Notes: generated by a model not told the origin, from the letters alone. Shown: positions 20,156 to 31,405, numbered from the stretch's first letter. The stretch is DNA of 64,000 nt from Spirochaetia bacterium (GCA_963662265.2 CAXXHA010000035.1:32001-96000); one strand, 5' to 3'. Translations and numbers: made by a program.

Positions 20156-21065
20156 TTTCTGCAATCCTGTTTTTTTCTCTTTTCTGGACAAGTATTACAC
20201 CTGTAACAGAAAGTATAATCCCTGCTGTTTCTTTTATTGTCGGCACTTCCGAGAGAAAATACCATGCCAGAATTGCAATAAATATAAGCATTGTGCTGCT
20301 TATCATGCTTGATTCAGATGCGGAAAGGTATCTGAGTGTTTTATTCCACAGAGGAAAGGTCAGGCATGTATTTATTATAACCAGAATCATCAGGGAAATA
20401 AAACCTGATGCAGTCAGCATTGTAAAACCTTCGGCAACTGTCCCTGTTATAAACAGGAGAGTGCCGCCTATAAACATGGTTACTGCTGTTATTACCATGG
20501 GAGATGCTTTTCGGGATTTATTGAGATATCTTCCTGTAAGGGATGCGATAATATGGGAAGTAAAGCAGACTGATGCTGCAATATAGCCTGCTGTCTTTCC
20601 GGAGGCGGATGCCAGGGGAAGGAAGTATATGCTGATCCCTGCAATATATATGACAATGCCGCTCCCCTTCATAGGTGTGAGTTTTTCTCCAAGCACTGTT
20701 ATTCCCAGCAGGCTTATAAATACAGGTGAAAAATTCATGAAAAGTGAAACATGATTCGATGGAAGATATGACAGCGCTATGTACTGTCCCCCCTGGGCTG
20801 TCGCATACATTGCAATGCCCAGGATAACAACGACAGGCCATGTCTTCTTTTCAATTGTTTTTACCTCTTTTATCTTTCCTGTCGAGAAACACCATAAGAG
20901 CAGAAAAAGAGATGCAAGGAAATATCTTGCGCCTGCAAAGAAGAGTGGAGGTATATCACTCAGGTTGTTCTTTATGATAATCCATGAAGTTGCCCATATT
21001 ATAACTACGAGAAATGCTTCAGCTATGTTGATTAAGTGCGAGTCTTTTCTATAAGTAAATTTCAT
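20115..21065 (-). CDS. EamA/DMT family transporter
   Basis: IWATSW, PPLFFAGARY, ~10 TM segments. Confidence 0.87.
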   Translation of the reverse strand: MKFTYRKDSHLINIAEAFLVVIIWATSWIIIKNNLSDIPPLFFAGARYFLASLFLLLWCFSTGKIKEVKTIEKKTWPVVVILGIAMYATAQGGQYIALSYLPSNHVSLFMNFSPVFISLLGITVLGEKLTPMKGSGIVIYIAGISIYFLPLASASGKTAGYIAASVCFTSHIIASLTGRYLNKSRKASPMVITAVTMFIGGTLLFITGTVAEGFTMLTASGFISLMILVIINTCLTFPLWNKTLRYLSASESSMISSTMLIFIAILAWYFLSEVPTIKETAGIILSVTGVILVQKREKNRIAENGKTEHSSSLRRS

Positions 21066-21354
21066 CGAAAATATAAAAGCATAAAAAGCTATTTAAATCC
21101 ACTGTTTTCAGGCAGGAGTTTTGAAATAAAATTCATTTAATCATTGTGTATGTGTGTTGATTGTTCAGTTGGTGTAAAAACTGTGAGTATTTACACCGGG
21201 ATATTTATAGAGACAGGTTTTTTCTGAAAACAGGATAAATAATGAGGGTTTTCTGATTTATGCGGGGGATGATAAATCCTGATTGGATGCAGTATAAGAA
21301 GGGCTGTCCGCTTAAATGCAGACAGCCCGGATGAAAATATCTTGAGGTCAATAA

Positions 21355-23427
21355 TTAAAAATTCTTTCCGTATTTCCGCCATATCTTGAGTGCTATGCCA
21401 AGCGGCTCAATCATAGGCACTGTATAGGTATGAAAATCCTTCCTGTAGAGGTAATCCCTTATGTTCATTACATATTCAGAAAAACCTCTCGGGGAAACTA
21501 TCATCGGCTTGGTCATTGAATTCTTCAGGTCAACAAGCCTGTCTGCAAGGTATTCAGAAAGGAACGGCACCTGCAGGTACAGTGCAGTTATTATGCTGTC
21601 GACCTGGGGATCTTTATCTATGATTCTGAGAGCTTCGAGCAGCCTGTTGTCATCACAGTCCCCAAGCAGGTCTACAGGGTTTTTCCCGAATGTTTTTTTT
21701 GCCCCTATAAGCTCTCTCAATGCATGTTTTGTCTCATCTGTAAATTCCGCAAGCTTCATTCCGTATTCTGTGATCTGGTCTGCAAGGAGAATTCCTGCTC
21801 CCCCCCCTACAGTTACTATTGCCACCCTGTCGCCGTGTGCCACCGGGTTTGTTGTCAGGAGTGAAAGAACATTTACAAGAATTTTCGGGTCCTCGGTAAG
21901 GTCTTCGATCATATAGAATCCCGCCTGTCTGCAGCATGCCTTGAAAGCCTCAACATTCCCTGCAAGGGATGCTGTGTGTGAAAGAGTCGCTTCGGCACCC
22001 CCTCCGATACCACCCTTTATGATAAATACAGGTTTCTTCTTGGTTACTTTCTTTCCGATTTCCAGAAACTGCTTTCCGTTCTTTATTCCCTCGAGATAGA
22101 TTGCAATTACACTTATGTTGGGATCTTCTCCCATGTGATCAAGGATTTCCGGAAGTCCTACGCCGCTTGCATTCCCGATGGAAACAAGCTTTCCAAGTTT
22201 CATGTTATCTGCCCTCATCATCTCGAGAATCTCAAGGCCGATTCCTCCACTCTGTGAGATTATTCCGATTCCGTTGGGCTCTTCAATAATACTTGATCTG
22301 TGTTCCGGTATGAAAAAAGTGTTCAGCCCTGCAAAATTATTGACAGCTCCCAGGCAGTTCGGCCCGAGGTATGCAACGCCGTATTTTCTGCTTGTTTCAA
22401 CAAGCTTGTCTTCGAGGTCTTTTCTTCCGACTTCTGCGAATCCGTCACTCAGGATAATCGCCCCTTTTCCCCCTTTCTTGCAGAACTCTTCAAAGTCCTT
22501 TACTGTGCCTTCTGCATTTATAATGAAGACACCTACATCGGGAGGCTCAGGCAGTTCATCAATATTTTTATAGCACTTCAGCCCCTGCACATAGTCCCTG
22601 TGGGGATTTACCGGGTACAGTTTTTTTATCCTCATACAGTTTTTGAGAATAATTCCCCCCATGGTCCCCGGACGGGATGCCCCGAAGACAGCAACAGATT
22701 CCGGGTTCAGCACTTTTTCAAGGCTTGCCCTTACATCGGCTGGTATTTCAGAGAAATTTTCTTTGAAAACAGGTTCTCCCTTGATGATTCTGGCATCAAC
22801 AAGAGCATATCCCTCCCTGTAAAGTACGACCGGGTTGAGGTCTATCTCCAGTATTTCCGGGTTTTCCGCCATCAGCCTTGATATGTTTCTGGCAATTGCA
22901 ATGATTGCTTTTTTGTCAAGATTTTCTCCCCTGTAGCCGTCTATTATTTTTCCAGCCCTGGTGAGTGAGAGCATTTCCTCCAAATCGCTGTCTTCAAGAA
23001 GGCCTATTCCGGGGGCTGTGTCTGCAAGCAGTTCCACGTATTTTCCTCCGGAACCTACTATTATAAGAGGTCCGAAAACCGGGTCCTGATGTGCCCCGAC
23101 AAGGACTTCAAAACCTGATGACGCCATTTTCTGTATAAGGAATTCCTCCGGTTCTGAGTAGCCGGCATTTACTGCATTTCTTACAATACTGTCTCTGGCT
23201 TCAATAAGGGACTCTTTGTCTTTTATATTCAGGATAACTGCCCCGATATCTGATTTATGAACAATCTCCTCGGCATGGGCTTTTAATACAACAGGGTATC
23301 CCAGTTTTTTCGCAGCATTTATCAGGGAACTTTCATCAGAGGCAGCTATATCTCCTGATACATCAATTTTATAGTTTTCCAGAAGTTTTTTTGTCGCTGA
23401 AAAATCAATTTGTTTTCTGTCAGGCAT
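21355..23427 (-). CDS. ADP-forming acyl-CoA synthetase (acetate--CoA ligase family), beta-alpha fusion
   Basis: N-terminal ATP-grasp (GYPVVLK, HKSDIGAV, DPVFGP, DLNP), then CoA-binding (SVAVFGAS), GPNCLG, SQSGG and phospho-His SHTASLAG. Confidence 0.9.
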   Translation of the reverse strand: MPDRKQIDFSATKKLLENYKIDVSGDIAASDESSLINAAKKLGYPVVLKAHAEEIVHKSDIGAVILNIKDKESLIEARDSIVRNAVNAGYSEPEEFLIQKMASSGFEVLVGAHQDPVFGPLIIVGSGGKYVELLADTAPGIGLLEDSDLEEMLSLTRAGKIIDGYRGENLDKKAIIAIARNISRLMAENPEILEIDLNPVVLYREGYALVDARIIKGEPVFKENFSEIPADVRASLEKVLNPESVAVFGASRPGTMGGIILKNCMRIKKLYPVNPHRDYVQGLKCYKNIDELPEPPDVGVFIINAEGTVKDFEEFCKKGGKGAIILSDGFAEVGRKDLEDKLVETSRKYGVAYLGPNCLGAVNNFAGLNTFFIPEHRSSIIEEPNGIGIISQSGGIGLEILEMMRADNMKLGKLVSIGNASGVGLPEILDHMGEDPNISVIAIYLEGIKNGKQFLEIGKKVTKKKPVFIIKGGIGGGAEATLSHTASLAGNVEAFKACCRQAGFYMIEDLTEDPKILVNVLSLLTTNPVAHGDRVAIVTVGGGAGILLADQITEYGMKLAEFTDETKHALRELIGAKKTFGKNPVDLLGDCDDNRLLEALRIIDKDPQVDSIITALYLQVPFLSEYLADRLVDLKNSMTKPMIVSPRGFSEYVMNIRDYLYRKDFHTYTVPMIEPLGIALKIWRKYGKNF

Positions 23428-23734
23428 AATCGGATCTCCTTTTTCATCGGATTTAATTGATTCGTTAAAATCTGGTTTAGTCGACAGAATAAATCAGGTT
23501 TAAATCTGCAGTCTGCTGCATTTCCTCTGACTTTAAACCAGCTGATTATGTTTTAAATTTTAGTCTGAAAAGCGCCATAAGTCCACCAAAAAATATTTGC
23601 TTAAAATGTTCAAGAGGCGAATATAAAACAAGAATATGCAGGATAAGAGAATAATATGCGGCCGGAGATTTCCCCGTTATTTTCATTTTTAATATTGATA
23701 TTACATAACTGAAAAATCTCCTTTTCCAAGGGCC

Positions 23735-25069
23735 TTAAGTCTTTAAGACCCTGTGCTTTAATATGTAATAAACTGTAATGACAAGTGTTAGTATTTCCGC
23801 TGCCGGAACTGCCAGCCATATACCTATATTCCCCAGAAATAACGGAAGTAAAAGAATTCCTGCTGCAACAAATATCAGTCCCCTTGAAGAAGCTATAGCT
23901 GCGGATTCACCAGCTTTCTGCACAGATGTGAAATAGGCCGAAGCAGTAATATTGAGTCCTGAAATAAGAAAAGCAAAGCTGAAGTATCTGGCAATTTCAG
24001 TGACAATTGCATCGAGACTGCTTTCCTTTCCTGTAAAGATATGCGCAAGTATATCCGCCTTGATATAAACTGCTGCAAAGAAAATTACTCCTGCTGCAAG
24101 GTTGAAGAAGAGCCCGAGCAGAAACATTTTTCTTATTCTCTCCTTTTTACCGGCTCCGTAACAGAAATTTATTTCAGGCTGGATTGACTGGGCAGATGCG
24201 AAAAATATCATTACTGCAATTATCATTATATAGTTGAATATGCTGAATGCGGAAACACCTTCAGAGCCTATCCTTTTCATAAGCGTGATATTGAAAAGAT
24301 ATGCGGTAATACCGGCCGACATTTCATTTATGAATTCCGATGCACCGTTGTATATAATCCTGAAGACAGATTTCACAGGTATAAGAGGGCTTGTGAACCT
24401 GAACATCGATGCTTTTGAATAAAAAAATGATATCTGGGCAATCCCTGCTGCAAGCTGTGAAATCCCTGTTGCATAGGCTGCTCCTGTAAGCCCGTATCCC
24501 AGTTTCCCGACAAAGAGCCAGTCAAGAAAAATGTTGAGAACTGCTCCTGATGTCAGGATAATAAGTGAAAAGCCGGGAGATCCTGAATTCCTTATAAATG
24601 CGTCAAATGTATATGTAATTACAAGGGGGAGAATGAAATAAAGTATTACTGTAAGGTATTCAGATACATAACTGTTTATATATTTATCTGCTCCCAGGAG
24701 GCTTATAAGCTGTTCTTTGAACAGGAGTCCTGCTGCTGAAAATAATATAGAAAATACAGTTATAACAGTTACTGTTGCACTGAAATACCTGTCCCCCTCT
24801 TCAAGTCTTTTTCCCCCCTTCAACGCTGCTGCTACAGTGCTTCCTCCCATGGCAATCATTACACTTATGCCGAAAGATACGCTGACAAGCGGATATGAGA
24901 GGTTTATGGCAGCTATCCCGTGAGGCCCTACATATCTCCCTACAAATATACCGTCAACTATCCAGGCTGTTGTCATTGCAAGCAGCCCGAAAACCGAAGG
25001 TATGAGGTTTTTTATAAATATTGTAAGTACCCGGTCTCTGCCGGGCCTTACACGTAGATTTAAATTCAT
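23735..25069 (-). CDS. MATE family efflux transporter
   Basis: VDGIFVGR, NIFLDWLF, GAAYATGISQ, GIWLAVP..E. Confidence 0.92.
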   Translation of the reverse strand: MNLNLRVRPGRDRVLTIFIKNLIPSVFGLLAMTTAWIVDGIFVGRYVGPHGIAAINLSYPLVSVSFGISVMIAMGGSTVAAALKGGKRLEEGDRYFSATVTVITVFSILFSAAGLLFKEQLISLLGADKYINSYVSEYLTVILYFILPLVITYTFDAFIRNSGSPGFSLIILTSGAVLNIFLDWLFVGKLGYGLTGAAYATGISQLAAGIAQISFFYSKASMFRFTSPLIPVKSVFRIIYNGASEFINEMSAGITAYLFNITLMKRIGSEGVSAFSIFNYIMIIAVMIFFASAQSIQPEINFCYGAGKKERIRKMFLLGLFFNLAAGVIFFAAVYIKADILAHIFTGKESSLDAIVTEIARYFSFAFLISGLNITASAYFTSVQKAGESAAIASSRGLIFVAAGILLLPLFLGNIGIWLAVPAAEILTLVITVYYILKHRVLKT

Positions 25070-25201
25070 TCTTTTTGTACTCCTGTTTTGAATTTCAGAT
25101 TCAGAGCTGAAATTCCATGTAATTACTGCTGTTCCGGAAATATGCTTTTTCCTGCAGTCGAAATCCTGTTTCTCAAACTGTAAAAATGTTAAAATGAATA
25201 A

Positions 25202-26305
25202 TCAGAAATTCCGTTTTCCGAGTTTTTTGACATCTTTTATCATCTTTGCAAGGTTTTTTCCTTTTTCCCTTTCAATTTTCACAGCCTGTTCATCCTGTTT
25301 CATCCTCAGGTAATTTACCTCTTTCATCAGGTCGAGGTAGTTTTCATACCTTCTGTATTCAAGTTCCCCCGAGAGAAGAGCCTCCTGCACTGCACAGCCC
25401 GGTTCCCCCTGGTGAGAGCAGTCTTTGTACCTGCAGTTTTGTGCAAACCTGCTTATATCGCTGAAAGTCTCTGAAGTGCTTTCCTCACCTGCCCAGAGCT
25501 GTACCTCTTTAAGGCCGGGAGAATCTATAAGCATTATTCCTGATTCAAGAAGGAAAAGCTCCCTGTGGGTTGTCGTATGCATCCCTTTCAGGTCTCCCTC
25601 TCTCTGTTCTTTTGTTTTCTGAAGCTTCTTCCCTGCAAGGGTATTTATCAGTGTTGATTTTCCAACCCCGGAAGGTCCTGTGAATGCTATTGTTGAACCT
25701 TTCCTGAGTCCCGAAATAAATTCTTCGACTCCTTCTCCTGTCTGTGCGCTTATAAGCAGTATTTCAACACCGGGTGCGCAGTTTTCCGCTTTGAGAAGAG
25801 CTCTTTCCCTGTCATCCTCATCTGCAAGATCTGACTTGTTCAGTATTACAACAGGAACAGCCCCGCTTTCCCATGCAAGGGTAAGGTATCTTTCGAGAGC
25901 CCCTTCGGTGAAATTCCTTCCTCCGTGAATCCCGAATACAAGCCCTATGTAATCTATGTTTGCAGCTATTACCTGCTCCTCGGTTTTTTCACCTGCAGCT
26001 TTCCTTGAAAACCTGCTTTTCCTTTCAATTACCTCCTCGATAATGCAGAAGTCCTCATCCCCCTTCCTGTATAGAACCCAGTCCCCTATAACAGGATAAT
26101 CTGATGAACAGACTGCCCTGTACCTGAATGCGCCTGAAATTTCAGCATTGAGTATTTTCTCTCCTGCGGCTATCTGGTAGAGATGCCTTGTTTCCCTGAT
26201 AACTCTTCCCGGTTCCAGATCCGTGTTTCTGAATCTTTCCATCGAAGCTTCAAATATTTTGTCCCATCCCCATATTTTTAAGTTATTTTTCTTTATATTA
26301 TCCAT
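25202..26305 (-). CDS. rsgA: Ribosome small subunit-dependent GTPase A (likely paralogue)
   Basis: NKSD, GPSGVGKSTLIN, HTTT, DSPG, C-x4-C-x-H-x5-C zinc finger. Confidence 0.92.
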   Translation of the reverse strand: MDNIKKNNLKIWGWDKIFEASMERFRNTDLEPGRVIRETRHLYQIAAGEKILNAEISGAFRYRAVCSSDYPVIGDWVLYRKGDEDFCIIEEVIERKSRFSRKAAGEKTEEQVIAANIDYIGLVFGIHGGRNFTEGALERYLTLAWESGAVPVVILNKSDLADEDDRERALLKAENCAPGVEILLISAQTGEGVEEFISGLRKGSTIAFTGPSGVGKSTLINTLAGKKLQKTKEQREGDLKGMHTTTHRELFLLESGIMLIDSPGLKEVQLWAGEESTSETFSDISRFAQNCRYKDCSHQGEPGCAVQEALLSGELEYRRYENYLDLMKEVNYLRMKQDEQAVKIEREKGKNLAKMIKDVKKLGKRNF

Positions 26306-26450
26306 CTGTATTTATCCTGTATCATTAAACTGTTTATACAATAATTATTATCTATTCTACAGATTTTACCGTACTTTATAATGCTTTCGAAAATTTTCCG
26401 AAATATTTCTCCTGCCGCCTTTTCTTCCGGCAGATGCCTGAAGACCGCGA

Positions 26451-26822
26451 TCATACTATTTTCCCTATCGTATTTTCCGCCGGAAAGGGGAGCATTGTAA
26501 TAGGTTTTGCAGCAAGAGTGAAAATAAGCATCTCATTATCATCTGCAGCAATTCTGTTTGCCCGTATGAAACCGCATGAAATGCATCTGTGAATTATTGA
26601 CCACTCCTTGTTCTGCCGTACCCAGACAGATATGGGTTCCATCAGACCCCGGCATCCGCATCTTCTGTCACCCTTTTTAAGGTCTACATGGAGACTCCAC
26701 AGGCATTTCGGGCAGTGGTTTCTCATTTTTCCCCCTGATTCAGGAGGAGCTACTATTGTTCCGCAGTTTCTGCAGATAAATGTTTCTTCTGTGTTTTTAT
26801 GTATTATCCTGTTTCTGGACAT
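26451..26822 (-). CDS. RNHCP domain protein
   Basis: Literal RNHCPKCLWSLH motif; CxxC pairs; GDR, HRC, AADD. Confidence 0.92.
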   Translation of the reverse strand: MSRNRIIHKNTEETFICRNCGTIVAPPESGGKMRNHCPKCLWSLHVDLKKGDRRCGCRGLMEPISVWVRQNKEWSIIHRCISCGFIRANRIAADDNEMLIFTLAAKPITMLPFPAENTIGKIV

Positions 26823-27125
26823 GCTTTTCTCCTTTGATGTAAAAATGATCCGAAGCCGTATTTTTATGACAGGGGAATTACCAGACTGCAGAATATGCTG
26901 CCTGTGCCTGAATAAAATTTCCGGTATCCGGGTATTTATAGTGAGATAGATTAAAGATGTCCTGTTCGTGGAAATGTAAAGATTTCTTGTGAGGATAAAA
27001 CGGATTAGTGTGATTTGCCTGATTTTCGGTATCCCGCCAGTTATCTGGCTGTTTTACTGAATCTCAGTCAGGTTTTATTACTTCTTGATATATAAAATAT
27101 TATAAGGTTAGCAATATAATCCGGC

Positions 27126-27167
27126 TTATTCCTGAACAGGAACATCCTTGATTACAAAAGCTGACAT
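27126..27167 (-). CDS. Putative 13-aa leader peptide MSAFVIKDVPVQE
   Basis: Strong AAGGAGG Shine-Dalgarno (27173-27179) 5 nt before ATG; ~300 nt upstream of the RNHCP gene on the same strand. Confidence 0.55.
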   Translation of the reverse strand: MSAFVIKDVPVQE

Positions 27168-27364
27168 AAACGCCTCCTTTTTATACGTCTTATTAAGAGA
27201 GATATCATACTGTCTGTATATCGTCAATAGTTTTTCTTCTTCCTGAAAAACTGTACTCATATTGTGATAAAAATACTGGCTGTCTGAGAAGTATATAAAT
27301 TCTTCAGCGACTTTATTTTTATGGTTTTGAAGAAGTATCTGAAATAAAAAAGTGTAAATAAAGC

Positions 27365-27411
27365 TTGCCAATTTTGTAAACGTTTACTATACTGCTTTAG
27401 TAAACGTTTGC
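27365..27411 (+). promoter_or_regulatory. Promoter with two LacI-type operators
   Basis: TTGCCA-17-TATACT; GTAAACGTTTAC (27376-27387, within the spacer) and GTAAACGTTTGC (27400-27411). Confidence 0.8.
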
Positions 27412-27445
27412 AGAAAAATTAAATTTGATCTGGTTTTATATAATT

Positions 27446-28447
27446 ATGGATACTACAATTAAAGATATAGCTAAAATAGCAGGTGTTTCATATGCCACAG
27501 TCTCCCGTGCTCTCAATGACAAGTATGGTGTAAATCCTGCTACCAGGGATGAAATCCTCAGGATTGCAGAGGAGCTGAATTACAGTCCCAATGCTATTGC
27601 AAGAGGGCTTGTAAAAAAGCAGACACACACAGTAGGTCTTATAATTCCTGATATAACAAACCCGTTTTTTCCTGAAGTTGCACGCGGTGCTGAAGATCTT
27701 CTTGAAAAAGAGGGGTACAGCGTATTTTTATGTAACTCAAACTGGGAAAAGACGAGAGAAAACAAGTATATAAATCTTCTGATTGAAAAGAGGGTTGACG
27801 GTCTTGTTATAGCGCCATCTTCAAGTATTGTTTCAGATAATGACAGGAAGCAGTTTGAAAGGCTTCCTGTTGTTCTTATGAGCGGTGTCCAGCCTGGCAG
27901 CGGAACAGATTCGGTAGTTCTCAACAATATCAAGGGTGGCTATATTGCGGGACAGTATTTACTCGGCAAAGGGCGGAGAAAATTCTGCTTTCTGGGGGGC
28001 TCTGAGGATTCCTTCTCTGTAAAGGAAAGATATTCTGGTTTTCTTAAATCAGTTGAAGGGTATGACGGGTGCGTCCTTTCTCCCGATATGATTAAATTCG
28101 GCGATTACAGGGAAAAGAGCGGGTACACGATAATGAACAACCTTATATCTGAAGGAAAAATACCTGATGCAGTATTTGCATCAAATGACCTTCTGGCTCT
28201 GGGTGCAATACAGGCTATAAGTGATAAAGGGCTTAAGATTCCCGAGGATATTTCTGTAGTCGGATTTGACAATATTGCAACAGCTTCATTCAGGGGAATT
28301 GAACTTACAACAATAGAACATCCGAAATACAGGATGGGGGAACTTGCGGTAAAAATACTCCTGGAAAGGATTGAAAATCCGGGAAAGGAAGAAAAAGAGA
28401 CACGGGTGGTTCTGGATCCGGAACTTATTATCAGGAAAACAGCCTGA
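27446..28447 (+). CDS. LacI family regulator (probable iol repressor)
   Basis: TIKDIAKIAGVSYATVSRALN, YSPNAIARGL, VVGFD. Confidence 0.95.
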   Translation: MDTTIKDIAKIAGVSYATVSRALNDKYGVNPATRDEILRIAEELNYSPNAIARGLVKKQTHTVGLIIPDITNPFFPEVARGAEDLLEKEGYSVFLCNSNWEKTRENKYINLLIEKRVDGLVIAPSSSIVSDNDRKQFERLPVVLMSGVQPGSGTDSVVLNNIKGGYIAGQYLLGKGRRKFCFLGGSEDSFSVKERYSGFLKSVEGYDGCVLSPDMIKFGDYREKSGYTIMNNLISEGKIPDAVFASNDLLALGAIQAISDKGLKIPEDISVVGFDNIATASFRGIELTTIEHPKYRMGELAVKILLERIENPGKEEKETRVVLDPELIIRKTA

Positions 28448-28467
28448 TTTTGAGTTTTACCGTTTTT

Positions 28468-28479
28468 ACAAACGTTTAC
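28468..28479. promoter_or_regulatory. Third LacI-type operator upstream of iolB
   Basis: ACAAACGTTTAC, same core as the sites at 27376 and 27400. Confidence 0.65.
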
Positions 28480-28625
28480 GAAAAGCTTTTGTTTGGAAAA
28501 ACAATTGAAATTTTACCTAAAAAACATGATATTGCCGGATTTTTTACTATCCGGATATTTATAAATTTCAGCCTGAAACAGGCATCAGACAGTAAATAAA
28601 AATTATTCAACAGGAGGAATAAATA

Positions 28626-29429
28626 ATGCTTATAAAACAGGAGGGGAAATTCCCTGAAGGGTATACTCCTATTTCAGAAATTGACGGTAAACACAGTGAT
28701 ATGCTTATGGATTTCGGTATTTTAAATATTGCAGCCGGAAAGACCGAAGTTAACAGCGATTCCAGGGAAAGAGCCTACCTCCTCATGTCAGGAACGGTTG
28801 TTCTTGAATGGAACGGAAAAAGTTATGAAGTTGAAAGAAAATCCCTTCTTGAGGAAAATCCTACAGTTCTTCAGCTTCCCAAAGACATGGAAGTAAAAAT
28901 TACAGCTGTTACTGATGCGGAACTGGCTGTCCAGAAAACTATTAATAATAATGATTTCGAGCCTGTTCTCTACAAGGCTGATGAAGTTACTTCTGCGGAA
29001 TTCGGCAAGGGAACAATGCAGGAAACATCAACAAGAACTGTCAGAACAGTTTTTGATGCTGCCAATGCACCTTTTTCTGCCATGGTAATGGGTGAGGTAA
29101 TCAACCATCCCGGTAAGTGGTCAAGCTATCCGCCTCATGATCATCCGCAGCCGGAAATTTATCACTTCAGATTCTTTCCCGAGCAGGGATGGGGCTTTTC
29201 AGGTCTTGAGGATGATGCTTTTGTTGTTAAAAACAGGGATTCAGTTACTCTCACTCCCGGAAAGACACATTCTCAGACATCAGCACCCGGTTATGCAATG
29301 TACTATATCTGGATAATCCCCCATCTGGGTGAAGATAAGTTTGGACCTGATTCAAGAAATTTCAGGGAAGAGCATAAATGGCTTCTCGATGCAGATGCTA
29401 AAATCTGGCCGGATGTAAAAGTCGATTAA
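28626..29429 (+). CDS. iolB: 5-deoxy-glucuronate isomerase
   Basis: GKWSSYPPHDH, EIYHFRF, PGYAMYYIW; iol context. Confidence 0.9.
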   Translation: MLIKQEGKFPEGYTPISEIDGKHSDMLMDFGILNIAAGKTEVNSDSRERAYLLMSGTVVLEWNGKSYEVERKSLLEENPTVLQLPKDMEVKITAVTDAELAVQKTINNNDFEPVLYKADEVTSAEFGKGTMQETSTRTVRTVFDAANAPFSAMVMGEVINHPGKWSSYPPHDHPQPEIYHFRFFPEQGWGFSGLEDDAFVVKNRDSVTLTPGKTHSQTSAPGYAMYYIWIIPHLGEDKFGPDSRNFREEHKWLLDADAKIWPDVKVD

Positions 29430-29458
29430 TTTCAAAATAATACAGGAGGAAATATTAA

Positions 29459-31393
29459 ATGGAAACAGTAAGACTTACCACAGCCCAGGCAATTGTTAAG
29501 TTTTTAAATAACCAGTATGTGGAATTCGATGGTGAAGAAAACAGATTTGTGAAAGGTTTCTTTATTATTCCGGGTCACGGAAATGTTCTCGGACTCGGAC
29601 AGGCTCTTGAGGAAAAACCGGGAGAGCTTGTAGTCCACCAGGGCAGAAATGAGCAGGGTATGGCCCATGCTGCGACAGGGTATGCAAAACAGATGCACAG
29701 AAAGCAGATTTATGCTGTGACTTCTTCAATCGGACCGGGAGCTGCAAACATGGTAACAGCTGCTGGTGTTGCAACTGCAAACAGAATCCCTCTTCTCCTT
29801 TTTCCGGGGGACTGCTATGCGACAAGACAGCCTGACCCTGTACTTCAGCAGGTTGAGCATTTTCATGACCTCAACATCTCTACAAATGATGCTTTCAAGG
29901 GTGTATGCAAGTTCTGGGACAGAATAAACAGGCCTGAGCAGATTATGAGTTCTCTTATCCAGGCAATGAGAGTTCTCACAGATCCTGCAGATACAGGTGC
30001 TGTCTGTATCGGTCTTCCCCAGGATGTTGAGGGAGAGGCTTATGACTATCCTGTAGATTTCTTCAGAAAGAGAACTCACAGGATCGAAAGAAGACCTGCA
30101 ACCGACGGGATGATTACTGATGCTGTAAAAGTTATCAAGAATAAGAAAAGACCTGTTATTATTTGCGGCGGCGGAGTGAGATACTCGGAAGCAGCAGGCG
30201 CTCTCAAGGATTTTGCAGAAAAGTTCAATATTCCTTTCGGTGAAACACAGGCAGGAAAAAGCGCAATTCCATACAACCACGAACTCAACCTCGGCGGTAT
30301 AGGTACAACAGGATGTCTTGCTGCAAACTTAATTGCTCATGATGCGGACTGTGTAATCGGAATCGGTACAAGATACAGCGACTTTACAACTGCTTCAAAA
30401 TGGCTTTTCCAGAACAAGGATGTTGAATATGTAAATATCAATGCCGCCTCCTTTGATGCTGTAAAAATGGACGGAGTTATGGTTACTGCTGATGCGAAGG
30501 CTGCTCTTGAAGACTTGTCAGCTGCTCTTGAAAAAGAAGGCTACAAGTCAGCATATGCAGGCGAAATCAGGGATGCAAGAGCTAAATGGGCTGCTGAGCT
30601 TGAAAGACTCTTCTCTATCGAATACTGCAGGGATAACTTTACTCCTGAAGTTGCAGGCCACCTTGATCATGTGCTTCCTGAATTTGAAGATCAGTATAAG
30701 ACATGTCTGACACAGACAAGAGTACTCGGTATTCTCGATGAAATGCTTGATGATGATGCTGTAATTGTAGGCGCATCAGGTTCTCTTCCCGGAGACCTTC
30801 AGCGAGTATGGAGACCTAAGACTGCAAACACATATCACATGGAATACGGATACTCATGCATGGGCTATGAAGTATGTGCATCGCTCGGAGCAAAACTTGC
30901 AGAGCCTGATAAAGAAGTTTATGCGCTTGTCGGGGACGGTTCATACATGATGCTCCATACAGAGCTTGTAACATCTGTGCAGGAAGGTAAAAAAATAAAC
31001 ATTGTTGTTATTGATAATGCAGCTTTCGGATGTATCAATAATCTCCAGATGGAAAACGGTCAGGGATCATACATGACTGAGTTCAGGTTCAGAGAGGATA
31101 AAACAGGTAAACTCACAGGTAAATTTGTTCCTGTTGACTTTGCAATGAATGCAGCATCCTACGGATGTAAAACATATTCTGTCAAAAATGAAGAGGAACT
31201 CAGGGCGGCAATCGAAGATTCAAAGAAGCAGTCTGTTTCAACACTTATCGATATCAAGGCTTTCCCCAAGACAATGACTCATGGATATGAGGCTTTCTGG
31301 AGAGTGGGAAGTTCAGAAGTTGCGGAAAAGGAAAATATTGTAAAACAGAACCAGGCAATGAAAAAAGAGCTTGAAAAAGCGAGAAAATATTAA
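29459..31393 (+). CDS. iolD: 3D-(3,5/4)-trihydroxycyclohexane-1,2-dione acylhydrolase
   Basis: [44 protein letters not shown] ThDP motif. Confidence 0.96.
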   Translation: METVRLTTAQAIVKFLNNQYVEFDGEENRFVKGFFIIPGHGNVLGLGQALEEKPGELVVHQGRNEQGMAHAATGYAKQMHRKQIYAVTSSIGPGAANMVTAAGVATANRIPLLLFPGDCYATRQPDPVLQQVEHFHDLNISTNDAFKGVCKFWDRINRPEQIMSSLIQAMRVLTDPADTGAVCIGLPQDVEGEAYDYPVDFFRKRTHRIERRPATDGMITDAVKVIKNKKRPVIICGGGVRYSEAAGALKDFAEKFNIPFGETQAGKSAIPYNHELNLGGIGTTGCLAANLIAHDADCVIGIGTRYSDFTTASKWLFQNKDVEYVNINAASFDAVKMDGVMVTADAKAALEDLSAALEKEGYKSAYAGEIRDARAKWAAELERLFSIEYCRDNFTPEVAGHLDHVLPEFEDQYKTCLTQTRVLGILDEMLDDDAVIVGASGSLPGDLQRVWRPKTANTYHMEYGYSCMGYEVCASLGAKLAEPDKEVYALVGDGSYMMLHTELVTSVQEGKKINIVVIDNAAFGCINNLQMENGQGSYMTEFRFREDKTGKLTGKFVPVDFAMNAASYGCKTYSVKNEEELRAAIEDSKKQSVSTLIDIKAFPKTMTHGYEAFWRVGSSEVAEKENIVKQNQAMKKELEKARKY

Positions 31394-31405
31394 TTTATCA
31401 GAGGT

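Noticed and set aside
4408-26939. Shared 15-mer ATAAATACCCGGATA at 4408 (+) and ~26925 (-)
   Set aside because: A match of this length is expected by chance in AT-rich 64 kb with frequent CCGG
27126-27371. 81 aa ORF from the track
   Set aside because: Only the last 13 codons have an SD; the rest overlaps promoter sequence
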